Assembly: GCA_965197475.1 (NCBI GenBank)
Contig: CBDANF010000002.1
Coordinates: 1,152,001 to 1,216,000, forward strand
Source of the DNA: Candidatus Poribacteria bacterium
Lineage (GTDB): Bacteria; Poribacteria; WGA-4E; WGA-3G
Length of the DNA stretch: 64,000 bases
Direction: 5' to 3'
Shown here: positions 20,872 to 33,353 of the stretch, in pieces
Numbering within the stretch: the stretch's first letter is position 1
Layout of the letters: every line of letters starts with the position of its first letter
Position numbers and translations under genes: made by a program
Notes under the pieces: model-generated
Seen by the model: the letters and a program-made list of their open reading frames with translations, nothing else
The model's database searches: none
Told to the model about the DNA's origin: nothing

Positions 20872-21131
20872 TTATGCACAATTCCTGTTGAAAACTCCCA
20901 AATTATTGTTGATAACTTGTTGATAACTTGTTGATAACTTTCACATCCGTTAAACGCGTTAACAAATTGTGAATAACTCCAAAATTTATACACACGTTAT
21001 CAACATCCATAACACCAGTCCCCATAAGAGTTTAGAAAGGTTATACACTTATGCACACCCCCTACTACTACTACTAAGGTACAATTTAAATTTAATCGAG
21101 TACTTAAAATATAATTAGAGCATGTGGATAA
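20872..21131. promoter_or_regulatory. Replication origin oriC
   Basis: About 10 DnaA-box-like 9-mers (20872, TGTTGATAA x3 within 20906-20938, 20968, 20986, 20997, 21041, 21049, perfect TGTGGATAA at 21123); C-rich spacer followed by (CTA)5 DnaA-trios at 21062-21076; AT-rich flank. Confidence 0.9.
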
Positions 21132-21250
21132 AAATTGAAAACAAGATTCGATTTTTAACAAATATAAGTATCAAGATTTTCTAACGACAGATTTTATATT
21201 TTTCTTTTAGAATGCCTCTTATAAATTGAAATTGTTCAAATCCACTAAAA

Positions 21251-21413
21251 TAACCCAAGTTGCCACCTATAACATGAAAAGGTCATCTTACACAGACATT
21301 TTCAGATAAGTGCTACTCACAGTTTCTGGACATACCGCTCCGCTGGAGCGAAAGATTAAACACCCTAACCATAAGGGAATTGATTGATTTTCAAAAGGTA
21401 GCAACTTGGGTTA
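21251..21413. repeat. MITE-like element with TAACCCAAGTTGC ends
   Basis: TAACCCAAGTTGCCACCT ... AGGTAGCAACTTGGGTTA; the same right end occurs at ~31569-31586. Confidence 0.65.
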
Positions 21414-21461
21414 AAATACTATGAATGTAAGATGCGCGCGAATTGCGCGACTACAAACGTT

Positions 21462-22447
21462 CGCTCATGTCAAGAGTAAGTGCTTTTGACGAGTTTTGCT
21501 ATAAAATCAACACTGACAGCTTTTAGATTCATGACGAACTCACAGATTGCGACGTAACCGGCGAGGAACTTTTTATGAACGCCACGAAAGGGACGAAGGA
21601 AGTTTCGCAGCGTCGTCCAGGCACCTTCAATCGTCCTTGTATGGATCTCGTAAAGACCATCACCGTCTGCGTCTCTTGCCCACTCGCCATCCTTATGGAG
21701 AACAATCTCACGGGCGCGCTGAATACGGTTATAGCCACGCCAACCATCCGTATACACCGTTGAAGTCGGCAACGTCCACTGATGAACGTGTGTTGAAAGC
21801 GTCGCAGAATCGGTGTGCCGCACAACACGTAATCTCAGGAGACCGCTTTCGCGACCTTTCGTCCCAACAATAGGCGGACGATCATTGTCATAAGTCCCAT
21901 GTCCCCTGCGTTTATTGCCACGCCGACGCGGCGGATCCGAAGCATCAACGTGCTTATCGCCTTTTTCACCGGCGTTTTGAAACATCTCATCTGTTTCGAC
22001 TTCAGCATCAGGTAAAGCAGCTTCGGGTTGTATCTGCTCTGCCGAAGTTTGGAGTTTACGTCTTATAGAAAGAACGGTTTGACGACTTAGACCCAGTTCA
22101 CACCCGAGTTGTGCACTTGAAACACCTTGACAGACACCGCGCAAAAGCAGAACGACCTGTGAGGGACGAAACTGCGTGCCAGCAAAGACCGTCCCGGTAT
22201 AGAGGTTGTAGATGCTCTCACAGTGTTTGCAGCGATACACTTGTAGACCACTTGTTTCAGTCGGACGGAACTTGCGTGCCTCCGCCACGCTCGCTTGGCA
22301 TTTTGGGCAACACAGCCCTTGAAGGTGGAAATGATCCAACACCCACGCTTGAGTTTTTTCTTCATCCAGGAGAGATTGTATTGGAAAGTCCATAGGTAAC
22401 ACGCTAACATAACTTTGAAAAAATAGCACTTACTTTTTACATGAGCC
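21462..22447 (-). mobile_element. IS1595-family insertion sequence (intact)
   Basis: TIRs CGCTCATGTCAAGAGTAAGTGCT / AGCACTTACTTTTTACATGAGCC; perfect 8-bp TSD CAAACGTT (21454-21461, 22448-22455). Confidence 0.93.
21470..22393 (-). CDS. IS1595-family transposase
   Basis: CPKC...YRCKHC zinc ribbon, VETDEMF, RRGHG, VYTDGWRGY and HTRTIEGAW motifs. Confidence 0.9.
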   Translation of the reverse strand: MDFPIQSLLDEEKTQAWVLDHFHLQGLCCPKCQASVAEARKFRPTETSGLQVYRCKHCESIYNLYTGTVFAGTQFRPSQVVLLLRGVCQGVSSAQLGCELGLSRQTVLSIRRKLQTSAEQIQPEAALPDAEVETDEMFQNAGEKGDKHVDASDPPRRRGNKRRGHGTYDNDRPPIVGTKGRESGLLRLRVVRHTDSATLSTHVHQWTLPTSTVYTDGWRGYNRIQRAREIVLHKDGEWARDADGDGLYEIHTRTIEGAWTTLRNFLRPFRGVHKKFLAGYVAICEFVMNLKAVSVDFIAKLVKSTYS

Positions 22448-22511
22448 CAAACGTTTTCTTCTTAGAGTGCATCTCATAAATCGGGATTGTTGGGTTCACT
22501 CTGTTCTACCC

Positions 22512-22831
22512 ATAACTGTCAACTTAAGGATTTTGTGATAATGAAATGTCGTCTTCAGCCTCGTGAATCAACGCCAGATGCGCGTGGGGCATTTGGCGGG
22601 GACGGTATGTTTATAAATATGAGGTAATTCATCCCTTGAGCCCCGTAGGGCGGTATGTTGTAGCCTCAGTTTACCAATCAGGATATGTCGTTCCTACGGA
22701 ACTCAAGAGGGGTGGTAACATTTTTCTATAAACATATCGTCCCTACGGGACTAAATATGGGACAGTCTCAATTATATCCTGTGTTGATCAGTGTTCTAAA
22801 AATATAGAAATTTTCTTAAGTTGACAGTTAT
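22512..22831. mobile_element. MITE family A copy in a REP hairpin
   Basis: Ends ATAACTGTCAACTTAAG / CTTAAGTTGACAGTTAT; near-perfect 20-bp direct repeat at 22492-22511 and 22832-22851. Confidence 0.82.
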
Positions 22832-22936
22832 GGGTTCACTCCTTTCTACCCAATCTACAAAATAACTGAAAACCACCCTAAAACTGTCTTAGCGATTCTA
22901 TAAATGATTAAGATTCAAATAAATAGTGAGGTTCAG

Positions 22937-24094
22937 ATGTATTTGGAGCGTTTGTGCCTGCGGAATTTTCGGAATTATGAAGAGTGCGATATTACATTTC
23001 ATTCAGCAGTGACGTTAGTTGTTGGAAGGAATGCGATGGGGAAGACAAGCCTGCTGGAATCGCTCTATTTTCTTTGTACTGGTGAATCGCACCGTGCTAA
23101 TTCTGTTGTTGATTTAATTCGTCATACATCAGAAGGATTTGCGGTTACCGGTTATTTCCGAAGTAATAAGAGTTCTGATTTGCTAATACGGCTTGAGGCG
23201 GTGAAACCTCGTCAAGGTGCGTTTCGCCTGAAAACTGATGGCGTGTTGCAACGAAGGCGCTCTGATTGGATAGGTAGGTTCAATGTTGTTGTTTTTTCAC
23301 CCGAATCTTTGGACATTGTTAAAGGATCACCCACATACCGCAGACGATGGCTTGATCTACTTTTATCGCAGCTGAACCGGGAGTATTTGGAAGAACTTCA
23401 ACGTTATCGTGGAATTTTGGAACATCGCAATGCGTTATTGAAGCAGGTAAGTATAGGGAAAGGGACGGTCGGTGAAATATCTGTTTGGGATGGGCTTCTG
23501 CTCGAATCTGGGGTTGCGTTGATTGGCGCAAGATATGCTGCGTTAGCGCAACTAAGCGGCGTTGTAGAGACTACACATCTATCGTTGACTGGGGGACGAG
23601 AACGACTTTTATTACAGTATTCTCCAGGGATTGATTATCCTGGCATGGAGTTATCCGATATTACAAATCTTTCAGATCATTTTCGCAACACCTTAGCACG
23701 GGCGCGCCGAGATGAACTGCGGCGGGGGGTAACCCTTGTCGGTCCACATCTTGACGATTTTACGTTGGCTTTGGAAACGCTGGATGCAGGCGAAGCACTT
23801 TTGCGTGAAACGGCACGAACCTACGCTTCCCAAGGACAGTGCAGAACAATAGCACTCGCTCTCAAACTTGCGGAGTTAGAGTTTATTCGGGAGGATACAG
23901 GGGTTTCACCGCTTTTTCTGCTTGATGATGTGCTGTCTGAGTTAGATACGAAAAGACGCGCATACCTATTAGCGTATCTTCAAGGTGTTGCTGCGCAGAC
24001 AGTGATTACTGCAACTGACAAAGATGTGATGGGCGATGAGCTAACAGATGTCCATCTGTTCACAGTTGAAAATGGTGTAATCGTTAATAATTAA
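22937..24094 (+). CDS. recF: DNA replication/repair protein RecF
   Basis: L.NFRNY, G.NAMGKT, GSP..RRRWLD, GPHLDD, SQGQ and LLDDVLSELD motifs. Confidence 0.95.
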   Translation: MYLERLCLRNFRNYEECDITFHSAVTLVVGRNAMGKTSLLESLYFLCTGESHRANSVVDLIRHTSEGFAVTGYFRSNKSSDLLIRLEAVKPRQGAFRLKTDGVLQRRRSDWIGRFNVVVFSPESLDIVKGSPTYRRRWLDLLLSQLNREYLEELQRYRGILEHRNALLKQVSIGKGTVGEISVWDGLLLESGVALIGARYAALAQLSGVVETTHLSLTGGRERLLLQYSPGIDYPGMELSDITNLSDHFRNTLARARRDELRRGVTLVGPHLDDFTLALETLDAGEALLRETARTYASQGQCRTIALALKLAELEFIREDTGVSPLFLLDDVLSELDTKRRAYLLAYLQGVAAQTVITATDKDVMGDELTDVHLFTVENGVIVNN

Positions 24095-24293
24095 ACGTTA
24101 AATATAGTATAAGTTTGTAGGACTTACGCAGTCTATTTGTTGTGTCGGGGTTGAAACCCCCTCCTACAAGACTGCTAAAGAACGTATCTGCGTTTGTGTT
24201 AAGGTTGAAACTCCTCCACATTAGAGATAATACCAAGTATTAGGCGCGCTTACAAAGCGCGCCTACCGAGTGAGATCACGGTAATTGGGTATA

Positions 24294-24508
24294 ATACCAA
24301 ATTAATAGGATTTATCTTATTTTTCTGGGCAGACTGCGCGCTTATATGAAGATTAAGAATTTAATCGGGTAATTTTCAGTTTCTTTATAGAGTCCGGTGC
24401 GGTTAGGAAACCGCACCTACCGGGTCTGGGGTTTGAGCCCGAATTACCTGATTTATTTTTTATCTTCATTAAAGCGCGCCTACAAGTTGAATCAAGTTAA
24501 TTTGGTAT
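24294..24508. repeat. MITE family C (ATACCAAATTA...TAATTTGGTAT ends) with internal REP
   Basis: Shares long sequence stretches with 44184-44500. Confidence 0.7.
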
Positions 24509-24523
24509 AAAAAGGTTAGAAAA

Positions 24524-25090
24524 ATGCGGTTTCGAAAATATGGCGCAGGAAAGCGAAGTTCACAGACACAACGCCCTACAGTAAAGGTGCGGGGTGTTGT
24601 AGAAACTTTCATACGTGAACGAGGATGGTCTGATAAACTTCATGAAAGACGTATTTTTGACGTATGGGAGGCGGTTGTCGGAGCATCTATTGCTGCACAA
24701 AGTGTCCCGGTTTCCTTAGTAAGTGGAGTTTTACGGATTGAAGTAGCGCATCAAGTCTATGCTAATGAATTGTCTGCGATGAAAACTGAAATTCTTACAA
24801 AACTTGAAAGTAAACTTGAAAGTTTAAATTCAGGAGTACGGAAGCCTCTTACGGAAAACAAGTTGGTTGACATTCAGTTTCGCTTGAATCCGAACGTTTC
24901 TAAAGTTAGACCTATTGAAAATAGGTCTGAATCGGCTTCAGAGGTTTCTGAACGCGTTTTCAAATCTGTTTCGCCTGAGATGAAGGAGCAGATTGAAGCT
25001 GCGGTTTCGGCAGTGGATGATTTTGAGTTGCGAGATGCGTTGAAAACACTTTTTTTAACACAAGGTAGCGATACAGAAACCACAGAATGA
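24524..25090 (+). CDS. dciA: DUF721/DciA family protein
   Basis: IFDVWEAVVG..IA..S.P.....GVL.I.V....ANEL pattern; located between recF and gyrB. Confidence 0.75.
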   Translation: MRFRKYGAGKRSSQTQRPTVKVRGVVETFIRERGWSDKLHERRIFDVWEAVVGASIAAQSVPVSLVSGVLRIEVAHQVYANELSAMKTEILTKLESKLESLNSGVRKPLTENKLVDIQFRLNPNVSKVRPIENRSESASEVSERVFKSVSPEMKEQIEAAVSAVDDFELRDALKTLFLTQGSDTETTE

Positions 25091-25498
25091 CGAACAAACA
25101 TCTTGTCATGTAAATTGTGAAAAATTTTCACAAAATAGATAAAAAATAGGTTGCCAAAAAACGGGAATTGTGTTAAAATAAGTATAGAATACATAAATTT
25201 TCGGTCGGAAATTCAGCAGAATTTTACTTACTTCAGATTTGATGGGTAAAATGTAATTAAATTTAAAAAAAATTAACATATTGTTAAAAACTACGATCAA
25301 AGAAATTGTTACGATTCATCACAATCTGTAGGTTAGGTTGAGCATCTCCAAACTCAACTAACAATAGAACCTATCAGAAAGATTTGTTAATGAAAAAAAT
25401 ATATTCTTCCACGCTATTCACTCTAACCTTTATCTTATTTTTTATAATTGCGATAAGTATAACTGATAAAACGTACTGGATGGTTATGGTACCGATAA

Positions 25499-28051
<2,553 letters not shown>

Positions 28052-28056
28052 CTATA

Positions 28057-28332
28057 CTATACTTTGGATAATTTTTAGAGTTCTTGAGTGATAGTCAAGG
28101 TCAATAGAAACACCTTAGACATCAATATAAGATTTATTGATACACATTTCGCCCCGCTGGGGCTAAGAGGGTCGTTTACCCGCGTTTCTATACACATTTC
28201 GCCCCGCTGGGGCTGCCTTTGCTGAACCTATAATAGTTTTTCTGTGGGTTACAACTTCGCACAAAACTCGTAGAAAAATAGAAAGGACTTGAGAACACAA
28301 CATGAAACAGACAGAAATTGTCCAAACTTTAG
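28057..28332. mobile_element. MITE family B (CTATAGTTTGGACAA ends, TA flanks)
   Basis: Nearly the same sequence as 53838-54112; internal CATTTCGCCCCGCTGGGGCT doublet. Confidence 0.8.
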
Positions 28333-28338
28333 TAAACT

Positions 28339-28459
28339 AACGTGAGCTCGGTGTAAAAGATGTGAAGTTTTTAATGCTTGAATTCTACTTTCACAGCCAC
28401 GGTAGGTGCGGTTTCTAACCGCACCGATTCCTAAAAATTGCTTATGCCGAGCTCACGTT
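28339..28459. repeat. Inverted-repeat-bounded element (AACGTGAGCTCGG) containing a GGTAGGTGCGGTT REP
   Basis: AACGTGAGCTCGG ... CCGAGCTCACGTT. Confidence 0.6.
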
Positions 28460-28740
28460 AAACTATAAAAATATGTGAATACTTTCTGGTAGGTGCGGTT
28501 TCCTAACCGCACTATTTACCTAATCCCGGCAGTGCGGTTAGACTACTGTCCGTTGGGTAGAACGGAATCCATAATAAAATCGGACACAAAAGCGTGATTC
28601 ATTTTCCATTTAAGCTGAAAGGACAGAAAAATGAGTGAAACCTAACTCTTTTTTATCTTATGGATGGACACTTGGAATCAAATATTGAACTCACGTTATA
28701 ATAAAAAGAAAAATAATCATAACGAATATAAGAGAAATAT

Positions 28741-31197
28741 ATGCAAGAAGAAAATATCATCAGGCGATCTATAGAAACAGAACTACAAACATCGTACCTC
28801 ACATACGCGATGAGTGTCAATACCAATAGAGCAATCCCCGATGTGCGGGATGGTTTGAAGCCGAGTGCACGCCGAATTATCTATGCTATGGGGGAGATTA
28901 ATCTCACGAGTAGTCGTCCCTACGATAAATGTGCTGCGGTTGTTGGTGAGGTCATGAAAAACTTTCATCCACACGGTGATGGTCCGATTTACGGCACGCT
29001 CGTAGGTCTCGCTCAGGAATTCAGTACACGTTACCCCTTAATTGATGGACAAGGGAACTTTGGGTCTATTGACGATGACCCCGCGGGGGCAATGCGTTAC
29101 ACAGAGTGTCGCCTTACAAAGATTGCTGAAACACTCCTGCTGGATATTGATAAGGATACTGTTAACTTTCAACCGAATTATAAAGAATCATTAGAAGAAC
29201 CTACCGTCCTGCCAGGTCTTCTTCCGAACCTGCTTGTGAACGGCACTGACGGTATCGGTGTAGGCTATTCAACAAAGATACCGCCGCATAACCTCAACGA
29301 AGTCGTGGATGCGCTTCTGCATGTAATTGATTTTCCCGAAGCATCTGTTGATGAATTGATTGAGTTTCTCCCAGGGCCAGATTTTCCCACTGCTGGAATT
29401 ATCGTTGGAAAAAAGGGAATCAAAAATATGTATTCTACGGGTAAAGGGAGTATGACGATGCGGGCAAAAGTCGAAATTGAACCGATAACTCACGATAAAT
29501 CTCGCGGAGACCGCGAACAAATTATAGTTACTGAAATTCCGTATCAGGTTAAGAAAAATCTACTGCTTCAACAGATGGTTGAACAAGTAGTCAATAAAAC
29601 GATTACTGGCATTTCGGATATCCGCGACGAATCTGATGAGGAAATTCGTATCGTCATTGAACTCAAGCGTGGTGAAATTCCACAAGTTATCTTAAATCAG
29701 CTCTACAAACACACAAAGATGCAGCATTTTTTTCCTGCTAATATTCTCTGTCTTGTGGATGGGCTTCCTAAAATATTAACGCTGCCTGAGATTTTGGACC
29801 ACTACCTGGCACATCGGCGGGATGTTATCCGTCGGCGTACTCAATTTGATTTGGCACGATGCATACGCCGCTCACATATTTTAGAGGGATACCGTATTGC
29901 TTTGGAACATATAGAGGAAGTCATTGAGATCGTGCAAAATGCTGAGACCCCGCAAGTGGCAGCCGATCAACTACAGGCACAGTTTGAACTTTCTGACGAT
30001 CAAGCACGCGAAGTGTTATCAATGACCTTGCGTCAGTTAACTGGATTGGAACGGGACAAAATTAACGACGAATACGTTGGACTGCTTGAACGGATTGCTG
30101 AACTGCGAGCTATCCTTGATAGTGAGGATCTCGTTACTAACATCATCAGGGAAGAATTGGAGGGATTGAAGGAGGACCATGGAGATGACCGCCGCACCGA
30201 AATCGTTTCGGAGATGAAAAGTTTTGAAATGGAGGACCTCATCGCTGATGAGGAGATGGTTGTTACGTTGACACATTCTGGATATTTAAAGCGGATTCCG
30301 ATGGATACCTATCAAACGCAAAATCGAGGTGGGGTTGGCATCAAAGGTGGTAATCCGAAAGATGGAGACTTTTTGGAGCAACTGATTATTGCCACAGCGC
30401 ATCAATCACTTCTGTTCTTCACGAGTCTCGGCAAGTGCTTTGTCCTAAAAGTTTTTGAGGTACCGGAGGGTTCCCGTCAAGCAGCCGGACGAGCAGCGGT
30501 AAATATACTAAAACTGAGTGATTCGGAGACTATTACAGCATTTTTACCTATCCGAGAGTTTAATGAGGACCTCTATATCTTTATGGCAACAAAACGGGGT
30601 ATTGTGAAGAAATGTTCACTTGGTGAATTTCGCAATCCGATTTCCAGTGGGATCATTGCGGTTAATTTAGACCCTGATGACCTTCTGATTGGCGCGCAGC
30701 TGACCAATGGGAACTACGATGTTATTCTTGTTAGCCACAACGGACATTCTATCCGATTTAGTGAATCGGATGTGCGAAGCATGGGACGCCGTACGCGCGG
30801 TGTTCGTGGCATTCGGCTTGCTGAAGAAGACTTTGTAGTAGACATGGTTTGTTCCGCAGATGAAAAGGATACTCTACTCATTGTAACAGAAAACGGTTAT
30901 GGTAAACGCACAGGATTATCAGCTTATCGTTCGCAGAAGCGCGGTGGCGTAGGATTGACAGCCATCAAACGTTCGACGCGCAACGGCGCGGTTGTTTCTG
31001 CTAAACTGGTTTCAAAGTCAGATGAACTTGTTTTGATTAGTTCTACAGGGTATATTACGCGCATGGCAGTTAGTGACATTCGGTCAATTGGTCGTACAAC
31101 GCAGGGTGTTAGGCTCATGACTTTACAAGAAGACGAAACGCTCGTTGACGTAGGTAAAATCTCGGAAACAGATTCTGATAGCAGTGTGGCAGGATAG
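28741..31197 (+). CDS. gyrA: DNA gyrase subunit A
   Basis: RAIPDVRDGLKP, HPHGD, AMRYTE, GPDFPT, GyrA-box QNRGGVG and beta-pinwheel repeats. Confidence 0.97.
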   Translation: MQEENIIRRSIETELQTSYLTYAMSVNTNRAIPDVRDGLKPSARRIIYAMGEINLTSSRPYDKCAAVVGEVMKNFHPHGDGPIYGTLVGLAQEFSTRYPLIDGQGNFGSIDDDPAGAMRYTECRLTKIAETLLLDIDKDTVNFQPNYKESLEEPTVLPGLLPNLLVNGTDGIGVGYSTKIPPHNLNEVVDALLHVIDFPEASVDELIEFLPGPDFPTAGIIVGKKGIKNMYSTGKGSMTMRAKVEIEPITHDKSRGDREQIIVTEIPYQVKKNLLLQQMVEQVVNKTITGISDIRDESDEEIRIVIELKRGEIPQVILNQLYKHTKMQHFFPANILCLVDGLPKILTLPEILDHYLAHRRDVIRRRTQFDLARCIRRSHILEGYRIALEHIEEVIEIVQNAETPQVAADQLQAQFELSDDQAREVLSMTLRQLTGLERDKINDEYVGLLERIAELRAILDSEDLVTNIIREELEGLKEDHGDDRRTEIVSEMKSFEMEDLIADEEMVVTLTHSGYLKRIPMDTYQTQNRGGVGIKGGNPKDGDFLEQLIIATAHQSLLFFTSLGKCFVLKVFEVPEGSRQAAGRAAVNILKLSDSETITAFLPIREFNEDLYIFMATKRGIVKKCSLGEFRNPISSGIIAVNLDPDDLLIGAQLTNGNYDVILVSHNGHSIRFSESDVRSMGRRTRGVRGIRLAEEDFVVDMVCSADEKDTLLIVTENGYGKRTGLSAYRSQKRGGVGLTAIKRSTRNGAVVSAKLVSKSDELVLISSTGYITRMAVSDIRSIGRTTQGVRLMTLQEDETLVDVGKISETDSDSSVAG

Positions 31198-31235
31198 TTG
31201 TTAGGAGCAAGACGTGCTTTTTAACTAATAATTCT

Positions 31236-31590
31236 ATAGTTTGGACAATTTACACGCTGTTCAAGTGGACTTGCTGAGAGGCTGTTAGGTGTATAAAGCC
31301 AAAAATGCTGGACACTGTCTCCCCGCTGGGGCTCAGTATCCTGGAACACCGTTTTTCTATAAACATTCCGCCCCGCTGGGGCTGCTACAAGTAATGAAGG
31401 TTATTGTTTTCGTCACGTGGTTAGTTTTGAATCGTATTTAGCGTTTGCCGATTTCCCACAGATGAAATAGCGAAATTAAGCCTAAAAGCCCCAGCGGGGT
31501 GATAGGTGTATTGATGCAGCTTCGTAGATCTTCAATCAGAAATAATGACCGAATGCATACAACTTTTTAGGTGGCAACTTGGGTTATTAT
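31236..31590. repeat. Composite MITE remnant (family B left end, CCCCGCTGGGGCT units, GCAACTTGGGTTA end)
   Basis: Motifs shared with the elements at 28057 and 21251. Confidence 0.55.
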
Positions 31591-31721
31591 AGTAGAGTCT
31601 GTAATTATTGGAGCACTATTAAGAGAGTGCTTATTTATAAAGTGCCAATAACTCAACGTCAAATGTGATTACGGCACGGCGGACGTGTCTACTACTATTA
31701 AAGTAGATAAGGAGAACGATT

Positions 31722-33257
31722 ATGAAAAGAAACTTTTTGGGATTTTTTATCCTGCTGAGTGCAATCTGCCTTTTTTCAGTAGGGGAGGTAACACATGCAC
31801 AAGAGGGGTCATCCGTTGAGACATTTGAACAGGTGCCGCTCACCGAAGCCTCCGAAAGCGCGAAACAGGTTTACGCACAACTTATACACGCAGTCTATCA
31901 GGAAAGTTTTGATAGAGATTTAAGTGCTGCAAAACGTTTATATGATGCCTTGGTCCAGCAAGCCTCAGATTCTGCGTATATCTGGTACAAACGGGGGCAG
32001 CTTCGGTACCGAATGCAGGATATTCGAGGGGCTGAACTGGATACGCGCGAGGCACTCAAACTTAACCCTTCTCACGTTCCAGCAAACTGGCAGCTTGGGC
32101 GAATCTTAGCGCGTCGTGCTTATTATTCAGGTGGGAAAAATGTGTCGGAAGTATTGAAAACACTTAAAAAAGTGACTGAATTAGACCCTGATCATTTCGG
32201 AGCACACCAAATGCTTGCCGATTTAGCATTCCAACTCCGTGAGTACTCAACTGCAGAAACATCTTTTAAAGCACTAACCCGTATCGTACCTTTTGAACCT
32301 GAATTTCACAAACGCCTCGGTGATATCTATCGAAGGACAAATCAACCGCAAGCAGCTCTTGATGCTTACCAACGCGTCATTAAAATTAAACCCAACGATC
32401 TAAATGCGCAAAAACATATAGGACACCTTTATCTTACCGTAGGAAAATTGGCGGAAGCACAACAAACCTTTAAGCAAATCCTTGTCGTAACACCGCGGGA
32501 CGTTAATGCTAACTTAGGCCTCGGTTTGGTACTTCAGGAAATTGCGCAGCGTGCACTTATGCCAGAGAATGGCAACCCACAAAGTGAGACAGTTGAGATG
32601 TCAACACTCATCCGAGATGCAGAAACATATCTTGGACGAGCGATCTTCTTTTCCAAGGAGTTTATCAACAGTTCTCAGGACGAATCCCAACGCGGTTTTT
32701 ACCGACAGATTGCGGCCGATGCACAGTATGCTTTAGCAAATGTCTATATCCTTTTTAAAAACTTTAAGAAAGCCGAGGATACTTTCGCACAACTCCTCGC
32801 TGACGATCCAGAGCACATCGGTGCAACATACGGGATTGCTTCAGTCTATCAAACGATGGGAGCATTCAAAAAAGCAGAAACATATCTGCGTAAAACGCTT
32901 ACGATCCAACCGACACATGAATATGCACTCAATGCCCTCGGTTATCTTTATGCTGAGCAAGGAACACGGCTTGAAGAAGCGGAAGCGTTAATTAAGCGCG
33001 CACTTGCAAAGTCTCCAACTAACGGCGCATATCTGGATAGCCTCGGATGGGTTTTCTATAAACAAGGTCGCTTTCCGGAAGCCATCACGACTCTGGAGAG
33101 TGCGAATCAACAGATGCCCGAACAAGCTGAAATTCTGATGCACCTTGGTGATGCTTACCTCAAAAACGGTGAACCTGAAAAAGCCCGTGGTGTCTGGCGG
33201 CAAGCCCAAACAATCGAACCTGATAATGATGAAATACAGGAACGACTTGAGCAATAG
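31722..33257 (+). CDS. Secreted tetratricopeptide-repeat protein
   Basis: Signal peptide, multiple TPRs, ALNALGY.YA...YLDSLGWV...HLGDAY. Confidence 0.9.
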   Translation: MKRNFLGFFILLSAICLFSVGEVTHAQEGSSVETFEQVPLTEASESAKQVYAQLIHAVYQESFDRDLSAAKRLYDALVQQASDSAYIWYKRGQLRYRMQDIRGAELDTREALKLNPSHVPANWQLGRILARRAYYSGGKNVSEVLKTLKKVTELDPDHFGAHQMLADLAFQLREYSTAETSFKALTRIVPFEPEFHKRLGDIYRRTNQPQAALDAYQRVIKIKPNDLNAQKHIGHLYLTVGKLAEAQQTFKQILVVTPRDVNANLGLGLVLQEIAQRALMPENGNPQSETVEMSTLIRDAETYLGRAIFFSKEFINSSQDESQRGFYRQIAADAQYALANVYILFKNFKKAEDTFAQLLADDPEHIGATYGIASVYQTMGAFKKAETYLRKTLTIQPTHEYALNALGYLYAEQGTRLEEAEALIKRALAKSPTNGAYLDSLGWVFYKQGRFPEAITTLESANQQMPEQAEILMHLGDAYLKNGEPEKARGVWRQAQTIEPDNDEIQERLEQ

Positions 33258-33353
33258 TTTTCGGCTTTCGGCAATCAGCATTCAGTTAAGAGACTTCTTT
33301 GCTGATAGCCGAAAGCTGATGGCTGATGGTTATCTCACTGAAACTATTAAGAA

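Noticed and set aside
20906-20938. 11-bp triple repeat as plasmid iterons
   Set aside because: Each unit is a DnaA-box variant within chromosomal oriC.
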